Position numbers and translations under genes: made by a program. Positions 51,993 to 64,000 of a stretch of DNA of 64,000 nucleotides are shown here, piece after piece. This stretch comes from Takakia lepidozioides (lineage: Eukaryota > Plantae > Bryophyta), in assembly GCA_030704615.1 (NCBI GenBank), contig CM060732.1, forward strand, positions 31,248,001 to 31,312,000. The letters are read 5' to 3'. The notes beneath the pieces were generated by a model. The model ran no database searches. It was not told the DNA's origin and saw only the letters and a list, made by a program, of their open reading frames with translations. Within the stretch, counting starts at the first letter, position 1, and every line of letters begins with the position of its first letter.

Positions 51993-53393
51993 ATGAGCAT
52001 GGTGGATTTTGCATGGGAGAGCTGCAGCACACGAGCAGGGGTGCCAAGAGCAAATCAGCAGTACAGCGCCTATCCTGCTGGTGTCGACATTCTTTTCGAT
52101 GCTACTGAGGTGTGTGCTGTTTAAAACTTTTTGAAAGGCTCTGGGATGTGAATCATGCTAGGTTATGTTTTCCCTCCATCCCTGTTTTTCTCTCTCTAGA
52201 TTCTTGCTTCCCTAGTCTACTGTGGCTGTGATCCTCGAACTGCCATGACTGAATGTTGTCAGCTTTGCATGAGCTCTATGTAAAGTGAGGTATTCATTAT
52301 ACGGTCCCAAGGCAAACCATTTCTGAAGCACCACACATTCTATCTATCAGGATTCCTTTTGTTCCTCTTTGCATAGGAGTTCAGGTCAAAATGCCTCCTG
52401 TTTCTTTGCCCTGTGGAAACTTGCACAGTGCACCTCCACATCATGCTCTTTGCCCCTGCTCTTAGCTGCCTCTTCTCTTGACATGGCTGGTTTCACAGCT
52501 GTACAAAACAGCACTTGGCAACATTTTTGATGAAGAAGAATGGGGTCCACTTCAGTTTGCCATTATGGCCAAGCATTTTGATCGTCAAGGGAAGCCTCCT
52601 TACATGTATCATGCTGTAAGCACCATCTTGACTCTTTACTTACTTATCAGGTCAGGCTACATAAGCATGCAGTTCCAGCATCTAGGATGTTGGGGCTTTT
52701 GGTACTAGCATGCTGAATTCAATTGTTGGGCTGCTTGGTGTTCTGTCTCTCCTTGTTCCACGGTTCCGGCTGGGTCATTTTATTTTAAGCCGTCTCCCTG
52801 TCTCAATCTTGGGATTGTGCAAGCTAGCTCTTTGAGTCCCAATGTACCCAGTGAGTTTTTAGAACTTGACGGACAAGCATCAGGTGCAGTTGTCCCTGAT
52901 GTTAAAAAGATATCTTTCTAGAACTGGAGTTTGGGGGTGAAGTTGACCCTGAGGGCCTCATGCTGGCCCTGAATAAGGCAACAATCCAGTGGGAATCTGG
53001 TGACGTCTACCCACAGAATCTCAAAGGCAGTGGTGGTTTGTGCCCCAATCATTGCTGAAAGCAATGGTTCCTTACTCTTCCTTGGGATGGCCTTGGCCCC
53101 AACTCTCAAACCCATGTCTCACAGGAGGACTGATTTGAAAAACCACTTCCAGAGGGTGTGTTTTTTATAGAGCTGGCTTATTTTCTTCAAAGTTTGAGTG
53201 ATTCTGCTGAGCCTCAGTGGATTTATCTCTTGCTGCTAGATGATACTGAGCAGCCACCTCTTGAGTTTTCTTGTGTTCATTCTGGTGATCTTAAGGTGGG
53301 ATTAAAGAGTACAACAATTGGGGTTTGTGGGCTTTTGTGCAGCAATACATGTCTCATCTGCTGTCCGAAGGCAGACTTGAAGTCCCCACTTAG
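51993..53393 (+). CDS. Small spliced protein of unknown family (~94 aa)
   Basis: Exons ~51993-52109, 52499-52615 and 53343-53393 with GT-AG borders, all phase 0: MSMVDFAWES...VDILFDATE|LYKTALGNIFDEEEWGPLQFAIMAKHFDRQGKPPYMYHA|QYMSHLLSEGRLEVPT*. The start codon is uncertain. Confidence 0.7.
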
Positions 53394-54724
53394 AGCGAGA
53401 AGGCAAAATGCTTCTGTGATAACCTGCGTCTCACTTCTCACTTGGGTCCTTAGTAGCCTGCAGTACTCATCACTTACACTTGAATATCGATCGAGAGGTG
53501 TGCGTTCACATGTGATAACCTACAAAATTAGAATTCTCTTGAAGGATGCAGGTCCTAGCAGGAGTTTTGTGTGACTTTAATAATGTCGGAAGATAGATGT
53601 GATGAGATGGTGAGAGCTGAGGTGCGCTGGTAGAAGTATTTTTCGGGTGTGAAGGGTGGAAATGACTGCAGTTCTACAGAATTAATTTCACGAAGTGGAA
53701 AGTAAGTGGAAAGTTGAAGTATGTTTAGCATGCAGCAAATTTACAGAGCCTACTGCTGTGGGCGGTTGAGGGCTCAAGGAGCGGCGATGAACGCTAAGGA
53801 ACATGCCGAGAGATTGAACACGGGACCACCCAGGCAAGTTGCAAACTGGGCTGCTTGCTCAAGTGGAAGTGGAAGCAACAACAGAGGACAAAAATAAGGG
53901 CCACATCTTTTTGGTGGTCATAATGAGGTTGTTGCGGCTGACAGAGGGGGGCCATGCACGTTACTGTGGTGGAATGTGAGTATCTTCCGGGATATTTGAA
54001 GCAAATTGGTCCATCTTGGTCCCTAGATGCACATCAAAATATTCACATGGTGGAGACCAAAGTTGGTGTGCCTGTGTACTAAAAGGCCTTGGGACCACCA
54101 AGACCAAGAAAACTTGAAATGAGATGTCTCACCTTCCATCACCCTCATCTATGATACATAATTCAAATTCAACATGCCCTAAAGTAAAACTTACAAAAAA
54201 GTGTTGAAAATTTTAAATTTTTAAGACAATAATATGCCTAGAGGTTATTTTTTCCTCTATGTACCAATATTTATATCCACATTTTCTATAAAATTTGGGG
54301 GCCTCTGTCCTATATGCCTAAAATTTAAGAAATTCCAAGATGTTAAAGGCATATAATTCATTGATCTTTGAACGAGCTTCAGGCTGATCATGTAGTCCTA
54401 CTGATGTAACAGGCTGAGACACCAAAAGCAGCAAACTCTTTCTTAACAAGCCCTTCCTACACTTGCTATCACAATTTTTGCAGGTACTGAGACATCGAGT
54501 GTGGTTCCTAAATTGCTGATGAACTATGACCTCGTAAGACTTCCCATACTGAGCCATTGGCAGCTAACAAAAACTAGGTGATGAGGTTCCCGCAACTTAA
54601 AAGATAAGGAGTGGATGGCTTTAAAAGGTCCAGTAGCTAGACCGCCCAAAACTAAAAATTTCTTGTTTTAAAGAAAGAAAAAAAAGAGGCCCTGCGCTTA
54701 GCTTTATTAAGACTAGGGTAGCCT

Positions 54725-55100
54725 GTGCCATTGGCCCAAGTGTCAAGTATCATCTAAGTCCAAGTGCAATCCCCTACGTATCTAGAGGCCCTCTTTTTTG
54801 GGAGTCTAGGCCGTTGGCCCATGTGTGAAGAATTGAAATCTAAGTCCAAGTGCAATCCCCTATGTATTCAAGTAGCGTCTCCTATGACAAGGCCCATGTG
54901 TGAGAATTGAAATCTAAGCCCAAGTGCAATTTCTTATGTATCCAAGTGGGTCTCCTATGCCGAGGCCCAAGTGCGACCTCTAGTGTAGCCTATGCCGTTG
55001 GCCCATGTGTGAAGAATTGACCAAGTGCAATCTTCTATTCATGTATCCAAGTGCACAAGCCCAAGTGTCTAGTGTCATCTAAGTCCAAGTGCAATCCCAT
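54725..55100. repeat. Degenerate tandem repeat (~75-85 bp units)
   Basis: Recurring ggcccatgtgtgaagaattgaaatctaagtccaagtgcaatcccct. Confidence 0.85.
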
Positions 55101-55101
55101 A

Positions 55102-55210
55102 TCTTTTTCTTTTTTTTTTTCTTTTTTTCAGAGAGCCTATGACCAGATTTGAACCAGAGACCTTTCCCTTTATATCTCTCCCGTCGAGGCTCCAACCATT
55201 GTCCCAGGAA
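55102..55210 (-). mobile_element. tRNA-derived SINE-like element
   Basis: Minus strand has an A-box-like TGGGACAATGG (55196-55206), a B-box-like GGTTCAAATCT (55145-55155) and an A-rich tail (55102-55128). Confidence 0.55.
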
Positions 55211-55903
55211 TGCCCACTTTGCCATTTTTGCTATTTTTTGTGAATTTCTAGCGACCAAAAGTACTTGGAATTCCACATCTCCCTCACCGCTTGTCCAAAA
55301 ATCATGAGACCAAGCCCGTGCACCCCTCCTCCTCGATGGCTTTCCAACTGCACCAAAGCACCAGAGCTGGGCCCGCGGTTTGGGAGATCTCAACGACGCT
55401 ACAAAACAAAACATAACAATCGTCTCGCTTCATATATTGATTAGCTTAGCTTTCTTGTTGGCACTATCAAAGAAAAGGAAAATTGCCTAAAGCCTGCTTT
55501 ACTGGTTACAAATTAAATATTGGCACTTGAATGCCAAATCTGCCTTCCTACTATGATAAGTTTCTTTTTTGGTCCCTAGACCAACAATCTGTTGCTATAC
55601 TCCACAGCAGTCCGACACCATTTCAATCCTAATTTTCTTGGCCTCCATCAAAAGTGTAAAGCAAACATGACCAAAACAAAATCATTGCGTTTTTGAGTTG
55701 GTCTTGGTCCATAGTCTAAACTGGCCCTAAAATCAAATTGGTTTGGAAATGACCCATGGATTTCTGATTTTCTGTTGTCAAACATAAGAGTGGTCGGGAA
55801 CTTGAGGCATTGTATAAGGTTTAGAGTGGAAGTATCACATTTTTGAGCTCCCAACTTTTCTTGAGTCGTAGTTTCTATTTGTCCACTCACATCTCCCTGG
55901 TAC

Positions 55904-56227
55904 TGTATCAATAATATGATGATTTTCTACTACCATTAGTTTTATCATCAGATCAGGGCCCGGGCTAATAACTCATTTGTGGATGGGTTTGTAACTTTGT
56001 ATATATGTATATCCAAGGAGTGCCCGTAGCTGCCCGCGTGGCGCAGAGGGGCGGGCAGCAGGGCGGTTCCGCAGGAGGGCTGCTGTGCCAGCATGGCGTA
56101 GAGGACGTGGCGTAGATGACGTGGTGTAGATGACGTGGTGTAGAGGACGTGGCGTTGCGGGCAGGCCGGGCACTATCCCGTCTGGCTACCCCTCTGGTGA
56201 CGCAGTTCAAACCGCCGTAATAGTACA
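55904..56227 (-). mobile_element. Candidate solo LTR with an internal 14-bp tandem repeat
   Basis: Minus strand reads TGTA...TACA. Four copies of tagA(T/G)GACGTGG(C/T)G at ~56098-56154 are followed (minus sense) by a TATATA box. No clean TSD. Confidence 0.4.
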
Positions 56228-56700
56228 AAGGAACGTTCCCAAATCCACTTGGGAAAAGTGCGAGAGAGGAGACGCACAAGAGTTGCAGAGCTGCCCGCAT
56301 TCTGACAAGCAAGCTTGCCGTGCCTTGCTTGTGCATTCCGACTTGGATTGGATTCTTGTGCGTGCGAGAGAGAGAGAGTGTGTGTGCGTGTTAGAAGTAG
56401 TGTGGCTGTTCAAACAAAGCAGGAAAATAGGGAGGTAGTGACCATGGTCGTAGGCTTTTGCGGGAGGAATACAATTGGTGTAAGAGGGAGACGATGGTGA
56501 TTTGGAGCGGGCAGTAAGAGGGGGTAGGGGCGGGCTGAATGCCTCGAAGAACAGTGGGACATGGACAGTGCTTCATTGAGCGGGGAAAAACAGGGAGATG
56601 GCAAGGTTTGAGGAGGTGCCGGGAGAGGGAGAGGAAGTGAGTGCCTGGGGGGGTCCTGAGGCTGATGTTGCAGTGAAAGGCAAGTTATTAAAGTGTGAAG

Positions 56701-59700
56701 ATGGACCCCGAACAGACCTTTTTGAGAGTACACGCACGATTGTCGGGAGTTCTGGCCAGACTGTTGACTCCGCGATTCAGAGCAGCTCTTGAGTATACCT
56801 GCCTCTGCAATGCAGTTATGCTGCTCGCGCTTCTCGTTGTCATGCATGTTAATTTTGTGGCTCAGGTTCGAATCTCTCTTCTCTTTCGGGGCTCAGCATT
56901 AAGATTGGGGTATTGCGGTCATATCATCAACACTCGATGTATGTCGCGAACCCTATGCCTGTAATGTCATTCTTGGCTTCCCGTTAGCACTCCGGCAAGG
57001 CCAAGTCTGAGTTCATAGTCTACTACAGGTTCAGCAATTTTTAGTATCCCTGAGCGCCTATTGCAATCAAGGTTACTCAGAAGTCAAGGTGATCAAGAAC
57101 GGAGGGGAGTACCTTGCTCTGCCAAATGATTGCAAAGCCCTGTGCGTATTTTCCTAGCGTTGCGTCCCTGTGCCTGCTCACCCGGGAACAGAGCAATCCT
57201 CTCCCCTTACTTTTTACTCCTGTGGCATTTTTTGAACCGAGTCCTGTATGATGATCTTCTGCTTGCCCTAAAATTGCTGGGCACTGTAATTTTGAAATTC
57301 TCCGTTCTGGGCTAAGCCTTCCAATCTGGCAGTTTGGTCCTTCGCCCTGATGAGCACCATGGATCGTCTTCTGTCTGTCTCATTACACTGCATAGACTTC
57401 ATGCCAGACAGTCCTCTCGCCAGCTTAGGGTCAAGGTTCATGTCCCAATAGGCACCATACCACAGGTTATGACACACAATTGCATTAGCAGCCAAGCCCC
57501 AGCAAGGAGAGAGGAGGGAGCCATGATAGTGTGAGTGTGGCATGGTGAATGTTTGCAAAACTGACAGCCAAGTGTTTTGGAGTCTCTTTCCCATCATCAA
57601 TGAACTCAAAATGTAACAATTTTATAATCCTGAAAATCCTGCAGCCAGTATCTGCGCCCTTGCTCCTGTTGTCTAGTGGGTTCTTGGTAGCATAAATTCC
57701 CTTTTGTACTATGGAAAATTTTATAGGAAGTACAACTGCAGCATGAGTCATGTACTTGGATGGGCATGCCGGATCTGAGCCATTTGTGGTTGCGGTAGAT
57801 GTGCCATTGAAATCCCTTGATATGAACCCTCTTTATTAAGTAACAAGATGGGTCTGCAGTTTCTTCAGAAAAGGTGACGGAATCAGATATGCGCTGGTGC
57901 TCCTCATAGGACAAGGACTTAAGGATGCGGGAAAATGGTGAAGTGCTTGTCCATGTCGAAAGTTTGGGCTTTTTCTTACACTTAACCTTGTATTGGTCCC
58001 CATCAGCCGGGATGTGCAGAGGAATTTGCTGGCAGCGAGATAGCCGATGCTCAATTGATGCAAATTACGGTATGTTGGCTGTAGTTTCTGTTCTTCCTTA
58101 CTCATACTCAATTTGGCAGTTGAATGTCATTGATTTTTTAAGCATGTGAAAGGTGATGTGCTAGTTGTCCCTCCGTTGGGGAGATATTAGGTTTTGGTTG
58201 TTTTTAGCATTTGGTGACAGAGCCAAGCCCAGTTTGAATGAGCAGAAATAGGTTAGAGAAGGGAGGGGAAGAGAGGAGCAGCAGAATGGGGTGCAGGAGT
58301 TGTCTTTTACCTACAAGTCTTACTTTAACATATGCTAAGCTCAAACTGGGCGCGGGGTCAATGGCCACAAGGCTACGGCAAACAACGTCTTATGAGTACA
58401 ATTTAACATATGCTAAGCCTTCTTACAGTAAAACAGACCTTGCAATGTGGTGTTTCAGATAACGGGTAGTTGGAACCGGATGACTGAGGAGGCTCTTGGG
58501 AGAGGCATGCGGGTGCACGAGACCTCCACACAGCCTCATGCTGGTGACATGTCTGAAACAAAGTCCAAAGAGAGCTACCAAGTTCCAGAAGTGGGAGGGG
58601 TAGGATGGAACATCCTTGCAGCTAAGTTTTGGTTAAATCTCGTTGGGAAAAACGCTCGCCGAAGTAAAGTGTCAGGGATGAGTGAGTCCATGAAGGGTTC
58701 AAAATCCATGGACGGAATGGGGACAGAGAAGGTAACTTCCAAACTACCTGGCCGACAAAATGGCAAAGAAGAGGGTTTGGGCCCTGACGTTAAAAGCTGG
58801 CCAATGATCGAGCCTGGCAGAGGGCCTCTTGGGACAGCTTTGCTGCATTACTTGGCGCGGTGGAGTAGCTATGGAGCATCGTGCTTCAAGAGAGCGGAAC
58901 AAACACTAAGAAGCTTTTGGCAAGTTTGGGTGAGTTTGTTACCTTTCTGTGGTGAAATGGAAAGGTTGTTAAATCTTATAGTTTGGTCATAGGTGGGGCT
59001 TCTTGTAAACGTCACTGCAAGAGTTTTCATAACTCGAAATAGATCCCGTGAGTATTGAGCCATCCGGCTGCATTTTTAGACCTCAAAACATGAGCAAGTG
59101 GGTTTCACGTTGAACTATACGTTGGGGTGGTGCTGTATAAATAGTTCATAGCATACAGTTAGGAAAATAACCGAGAAAATGTCCCAGCAGAGCCTGCCAC
59201 ACTGTATTTTAGCATTACCCATGGATTAATGACCTAGGGTACTAATCATAATTCTTGAAGTGGGCCATTTCAACCTGTGGTTGTCTCTATTCTTGGTTGG
59301 TCATGCATCAGGTTGTCATTTAAAATGTTCCAAAAGTAGGTCATATCAAAAGGCCTACTATTAGAATACCTTGTTGGCAGGTGAATGGTTTATCTGGTCA
59401 CCTAGATGAGTTGACTGCATATGACAAGGTCCAAATATACAAATTTAGAGCTGTGATATATGCTGGAGTTGCTATGAACTACAGGGATCTTAGATTCAGA
59501 CTGAGCTTATAGGGTTGTATGTGATTAGAGTCTAAGCTCTGTGTGGCTAGTTCCCCACATCAATGCTATTCTCTTTACCTATCGGTAATTTGGCTGTCAA
59601 ACTTTGTTCAGAATGTCAAATTGGGGTCGTATGCATGGTGACCAAAACTGGGTAGAACAGAGGATTGCAGGTTGGGAGCCGTTCACATCTACACCAAAGG

Positions 59701-62700
59701 GCGACCGCCGCACTGTTGCATGGAACAAGCTGGACTCTGTTCTTGGTACGAACTCCGTAGATATCTATTATGAGGAGTCCACTCCGGAAATTGGGCAGTA
59801 TCTGTCAGGGGAAGAGCCTCTCATCTATGCTGGCTTTGACCGGCATCATCTCTCTCTCTCTTTTTCTCTCTCTTCAAGACTTGTACTGAAAATTGCATGA
59901 TTTCTTGGACGGAAATGATTAGTCTTTCTGTCCATTTAATCTTTTGCTTGATGAATGATCAGTCTTTCTCTCTCTCTGTTTCCTTGAATGTTGCGTACTC
60001 GTAGCATTCAACGAAAGTAGGGAGGGAGGAGGGGATCTCGAATGGAAATGGGGTGATGGAGAGATCCCTGTACTCCCTTCCTTTACATATCTTGGTGTTG
60101 AGTATTCCTCCAACTGTAACTGGAATCTGCACATACAAAAATTGATTCAATCAGCTACTATCTGGGTAGTTAGTCGTCAGTCCTGATCCGTCTTGGTCAC
60201 AAGTCCTGCTCTATGGGGAGATGATCTGATTGACTTCATTTTGGTGATGCTAATGAGATAACCAATTGACACCTATATCAATGGATTGAAAATGATCTGC
60301 ATGCAGTGGACTTACCAGAGAATCGGAGCAAATTGTTTGACCCGACATATTTGTACAGTGTTGAGAAGGTCCGCATAGGTCACTCAGTCAAGTTTCATGC
60401 CGTAGGTCATGGGTTCTTACAAACTGTATGTTGCTGTCTTGTCTTCATTGCCAATTGAGCAGATGAAGACGCCTGCTAAGATTGATGATTTTGTTTGCAA
60501 AAGTGGAGTAATGCAGCACATTATCACGCCTACATGTATGTTAGTTTACACGTTCATACCTTAGATTGCTGGGGTACATTCACTACATGAACACTGACAG
60601 GAAGGTTGCATATTCTATCTGCAGGGTTATCTTATGATGTCAGAGGGTGCCAAGTTTCGACATGATGTGCGCACTGTTAACATCAGTATTTCAGCCCAAC
60701 ATTCCTGCTTTGGCAATAGGTGGGTCTCTCTTCTTAGCAAGGAATTTTGTCACCATTTCCCTGTCCCAGGGAAATGGTGAACCACAGTGCCCAGGAGCAT
60801 GTAAGATTATGTTGTAGGAAGGGCACACTGTTGAGGGGCTCGCATGAGAAGATAGAGGCTGGAAAGACCACCGTCAACAACATTTTTTATCATCCATGTC
60901 AAATCAATTGGTTGTACAGTGCTACAGTCTGCAGACGTATGTCTTAGGTGTGAAAAAGCAACCTGAGTGTGACTTGCATGACAGATGGCAACAGCTGCTT
61001 ATTGACAACTTTGTGGGCTACGACACCATTCTCATGAACAGTCTTCTCAATGCCTGTGGAAGAGGTGCTACTATGATGCCAAATCAGTTGTCTTTTCTAC
61101 TTTGCAACCAATCCTCTTTATGTGGTGTAAAGTGAGACTCTGCAAAGTGGGACTCTCTTTTTGTCCGTTGTCTTCCAGCCTTTCCCCTCTCTACTTTGTT
61201 CTGAATTAGAGGTTAGGTATGTAGCCACTGGGCATCTCTTTGAATGAGAGGAAGAGGTAAGAAATGAAATGAAATGGTACTTTATGATGTCGGAAAGAAG
61301 GAATTTGTTTCTGAGAATGCATTTCTCTGTTCCGTTTTCTCCCTTTGCGCCATTGTGGGGGACAGAAGATTTCAATGAATTTGGCTGGCTGAGTTTCATC
61401 TTCACAGCTGTGGCCCGTCTCCCATCTGAAAGAGAAGGATACCAGATTAAGTTGGTTTCGTTCTTCCACATGGACCTGGCCTTTGCTGAAATAAACCAAC
61501 TCGCAGATAATTTCCACCAACACCTCCTTACAAAAATTTCTGCCAGGGGAGACATCTGATACTTAGAAGCTCTTTCTGATTGCGATGTGCTTGCCTTGTT
61601 GGTGACCTAAGCAGGCTATCTGTACAACTTTCAGACTAAAGAGCTCTACAACCTGAACTATCTGCAGGAGTTTGGAGTTGTGCCCCATGGGTTTGAAGGT
61701 TTGTAAGCCACTCCCCAGCTTTTTAGATGGATGTTCAAGGCCCCCTCCCTCTCCATCTGTCTCTCTCTTACCAACTTTGAAAGTCTCGAGGCTGAGCCAA
61801 AAGCCCAGGCCCTCCTGAGGCCTAGTTTTGGGGCAAATCACACACAGCAGATTGATGCTTGTGTGAAGGGATTTCTAGAGGATATCTGGAAAACCTGGAT
61901 TAATTCTTTATATGGAGGTAAGTCTTACTACCAACGTCAGCCCCTGACAGAGGTAGGTTCTGTCCCTTTTGTTCCCGCTCAAACTGGGCGCGGAGTGGGT
62001 AAACCATTGAGGTCCTCCAGGTAAGAGAGATTGTACTCATAAGACGTTGTTTGCCGTAGCCTTGTGGCCATTGTCTCAGCACTCACACTTAAACTCCAGG
62101 CTAGATGCCTACCTTTGAACAGCAAACAGATGCAGAGAAGAATGGGGGATTGCAAATGCCCGTTGTGTGGGCAATTACCAACTTTGAAAATCTCAAGGTT
62201 GACCCAAAAGCCCAGGCCCTTTTGGGGCCTAGTTATGCACACAGCAGATTGATGCGTGTGTGAAGGGATTTCTAGAGTATATCTGGAAAACTCAGATCAA
62301 TTATCTGTTCAAAGGTAAGTCATACGGTAGCATCCGCCCCTGACAAAGGTAGTTTTTGTCCCTTTGTGTTCCGCTCAATCTGGGCGCAGGGTCAATGGCC
62401 GCAAGGCTACGGCAAACCACGTGTTAGGAGTACATTCTCTCTTATCTAATGTTCTACTTCATCTCATGGGCCCTAGGGGTCCCCTTGGACATTCAAAAGT
62501 TCCTTTCTATTTCTCTAAGATTCTTTTTTCTTTGTCCTCTATCCCTCTTGGGGCTCCTGTAGATGGAGGACAATATTCTAGCTTTTCACATGGGCCCTTG
62601 TGCCCACTTGCACATCATAGAAGTTGATGGATCTGATTTTTTCCTTTCTTTCTCTGTGTCCTACATATCATGAGGTCGGGCTCTACTGTCTCTTTAGAAA

Positions 62701-64000
62701 CTTGCAAGCGTGGGAGAGACGTTCAGCTTTGAGGACCAGTAGTGTCTAGTAGTGTCTAGCAGCTTACCTGCACGACGCATTGTGTCTTCAGGTGACGTTC
62801 GGTGTATTTTAATATTTCTTTTGGTTGGTGTCCTTTGTCGTTCTACTTTGTCCCATGGGCATGGGGCCCCCTGTGGGGTTGTTATATTCTTTCTTTCAAA
62901 TTTTTTTTATCTTGGGGTCTTTGTAGGTTCTCTGGTCAGACCAAGTGCTCATGTAGTTTGAAAAGTCTTGTTTGTGGCACTGTGACTGGAAAGGTTGATT
63001 GAGTTGATAGTATGACAACAAATTTCCATGAGATTTGAATATCTTTTCTTTCCAAAGTGAGTTTCTCTGCCAATATGTTCCTATGGAGTTGCAGTCAAGA
63101 ATGACAGCCCATCCTCCCCACTTCTATTTCAAGTGTTATTACTTTAGATACACATTGTCCTCAAACGGTGTTGACATTCATTAGGGTCGGTTGCATCCCC
63201 TTATTATTTAAACAAGTCCAACGCTTGTCATAAATGAAGTTGGGATGAGATTACTGACTCAGCAATTGGCTCTCCAGATAAAAACAAGCCAAACCTATCT
63301 GAAGTTACATGGTGGGTACGAGCGGTTGCAGATTACATTGTTTTTAAGTGCGGGGTACTCATCACATCTCTTTTCGTCTTCTTCACAACCACCATGTCTG
63401 TCTCCTTCACCTTGAGGGAGACCCAGGCCCGTATGCTGAAGTTCACTGGTAAGAGCCTCATTTGTGCTCAGCGACCATAGGCATACTTCAGGGAGCATGT
63501 ATAGGAATTGGAGGGAACAATACTGCCTCGTTTTGACAGATTGCTGTTATTGCTATCTTCGTCTGTTGGAGTTCATGAAACTTTGGGATAGTTCAAGTCT
63601 GAACACTCTTTCTTGGACTTTATCACTCCCTGTGTTGTGAGACTGACATAATGACAAAGACGAGGTGGCAAGTAAAAGGTAGTAGGTAATAACCAGCAAC
63701 AAGAGGTAGTAAACAGACCTAGAGTATCCTTACTACCTTCGAAAGCATTAATTATGCCCCAAACCTCCTCTGAAAGAATCTTTGGAACAGAATGTTAGGC
63801 TTAACCTTCATCAATCCTGTGTAATGCGGGAAGGACCTAGGCACCCAGTTAGCAGTGTTCTGCCTCAGCCGGGGTGTCTCTTTCTCCTTCCTGTGTACTT
63901 TTTGGATCCAGAGTAGAGCTGACAGCTGAACAAAGAATGTTTTGGTCTTGGATGTGGGTCACAGTGCAGCTGCAGCACCATGCCCGTCATCGTCTTCCCA
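56701..64000 (+). CDS. Membralin (TMEM259)-like membrane protein, 5' part; runs off the window end
   Basis: Exons: 56701-56865, 58007-58069, 58459-58929, 59661-59745, 60307-60368, 60625-60719, 60985-61064, 61615-61698, 63332-63448, 63965-end. MDPEQTFLRVH..LVVMHVNFVAQPGC; YLYSVEKGYL; CFGNRWQQLLIDNFVGYDTILMNS; FFTTTMSVSFTLRETQARMLKFTVQLQHHARH. Confidence 0.9.
58341..58401 (+). mobile_element. 61-bp insertion with a 17-bp target-site duplication (truncated retroposon)
   Basis: TTTAACATATGCTAAGC at 58324-58340 and 58402-58418. The insert matches the repeat end at 62376-62436 and, inverted, 62031-62073. Confidence 0.8.
61770..62445. repeat. Intronic duplicated ~230-bp repeat (61770-61995 and 62178-62445) with an inverted terminal piece at 62022-62073
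   Basis: Shared ccaactttgaaa..caaaagcccaggccct..cacacagcagattgatgc.tgtgtgaagggatttctagag. Confidence 0.85.

Overview
Eukaryotic, intron-rich land-plant DNA. A bryophyte or other seedless plant is likely from gene and TE content, but this is inference. It contains four apparently intact + strand spliced genes: an SNM1/PSO2-type cross-link repair nuclease with UBZ and SAM domains (6145-11946), a WRINKLED-type double-AP2 factor with the 9-nt VYL micro-exon (43098-46575), a small ~94-aa protein of unknown family (51993-53393), and a membralin/TMEM259-like gene (56701 to beyond the window end). Between them is nested TE debris: an L1-type LINE interrupted by a non-autonomous CACTA element, a Ty3/Gypsy RT fragment, Helitron-like tandem units, a tRNA-derived SINE and candidate LTRs. 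There is also a PPR pseudogene and a scrambled IBR5 phosphatase pseudogene. The most striking element is at the left edge: a decayed minus-strand retroelement-like polyprotein in which a retroviral-type aspartic protease is followed by a complete DNMT3-like C5 cytosine methyltransferase domain. Other notable structures are an IBR5 pseudogene whose first exon is inverted across a 77-bp-arm hairpin, a possible spliced uORF, an orphan intronless ~370-codon pseudo-ORF, and an inverted duplication of the PPR 5' region about 34 kb away. All calls are from manual reading; no database searches were run.
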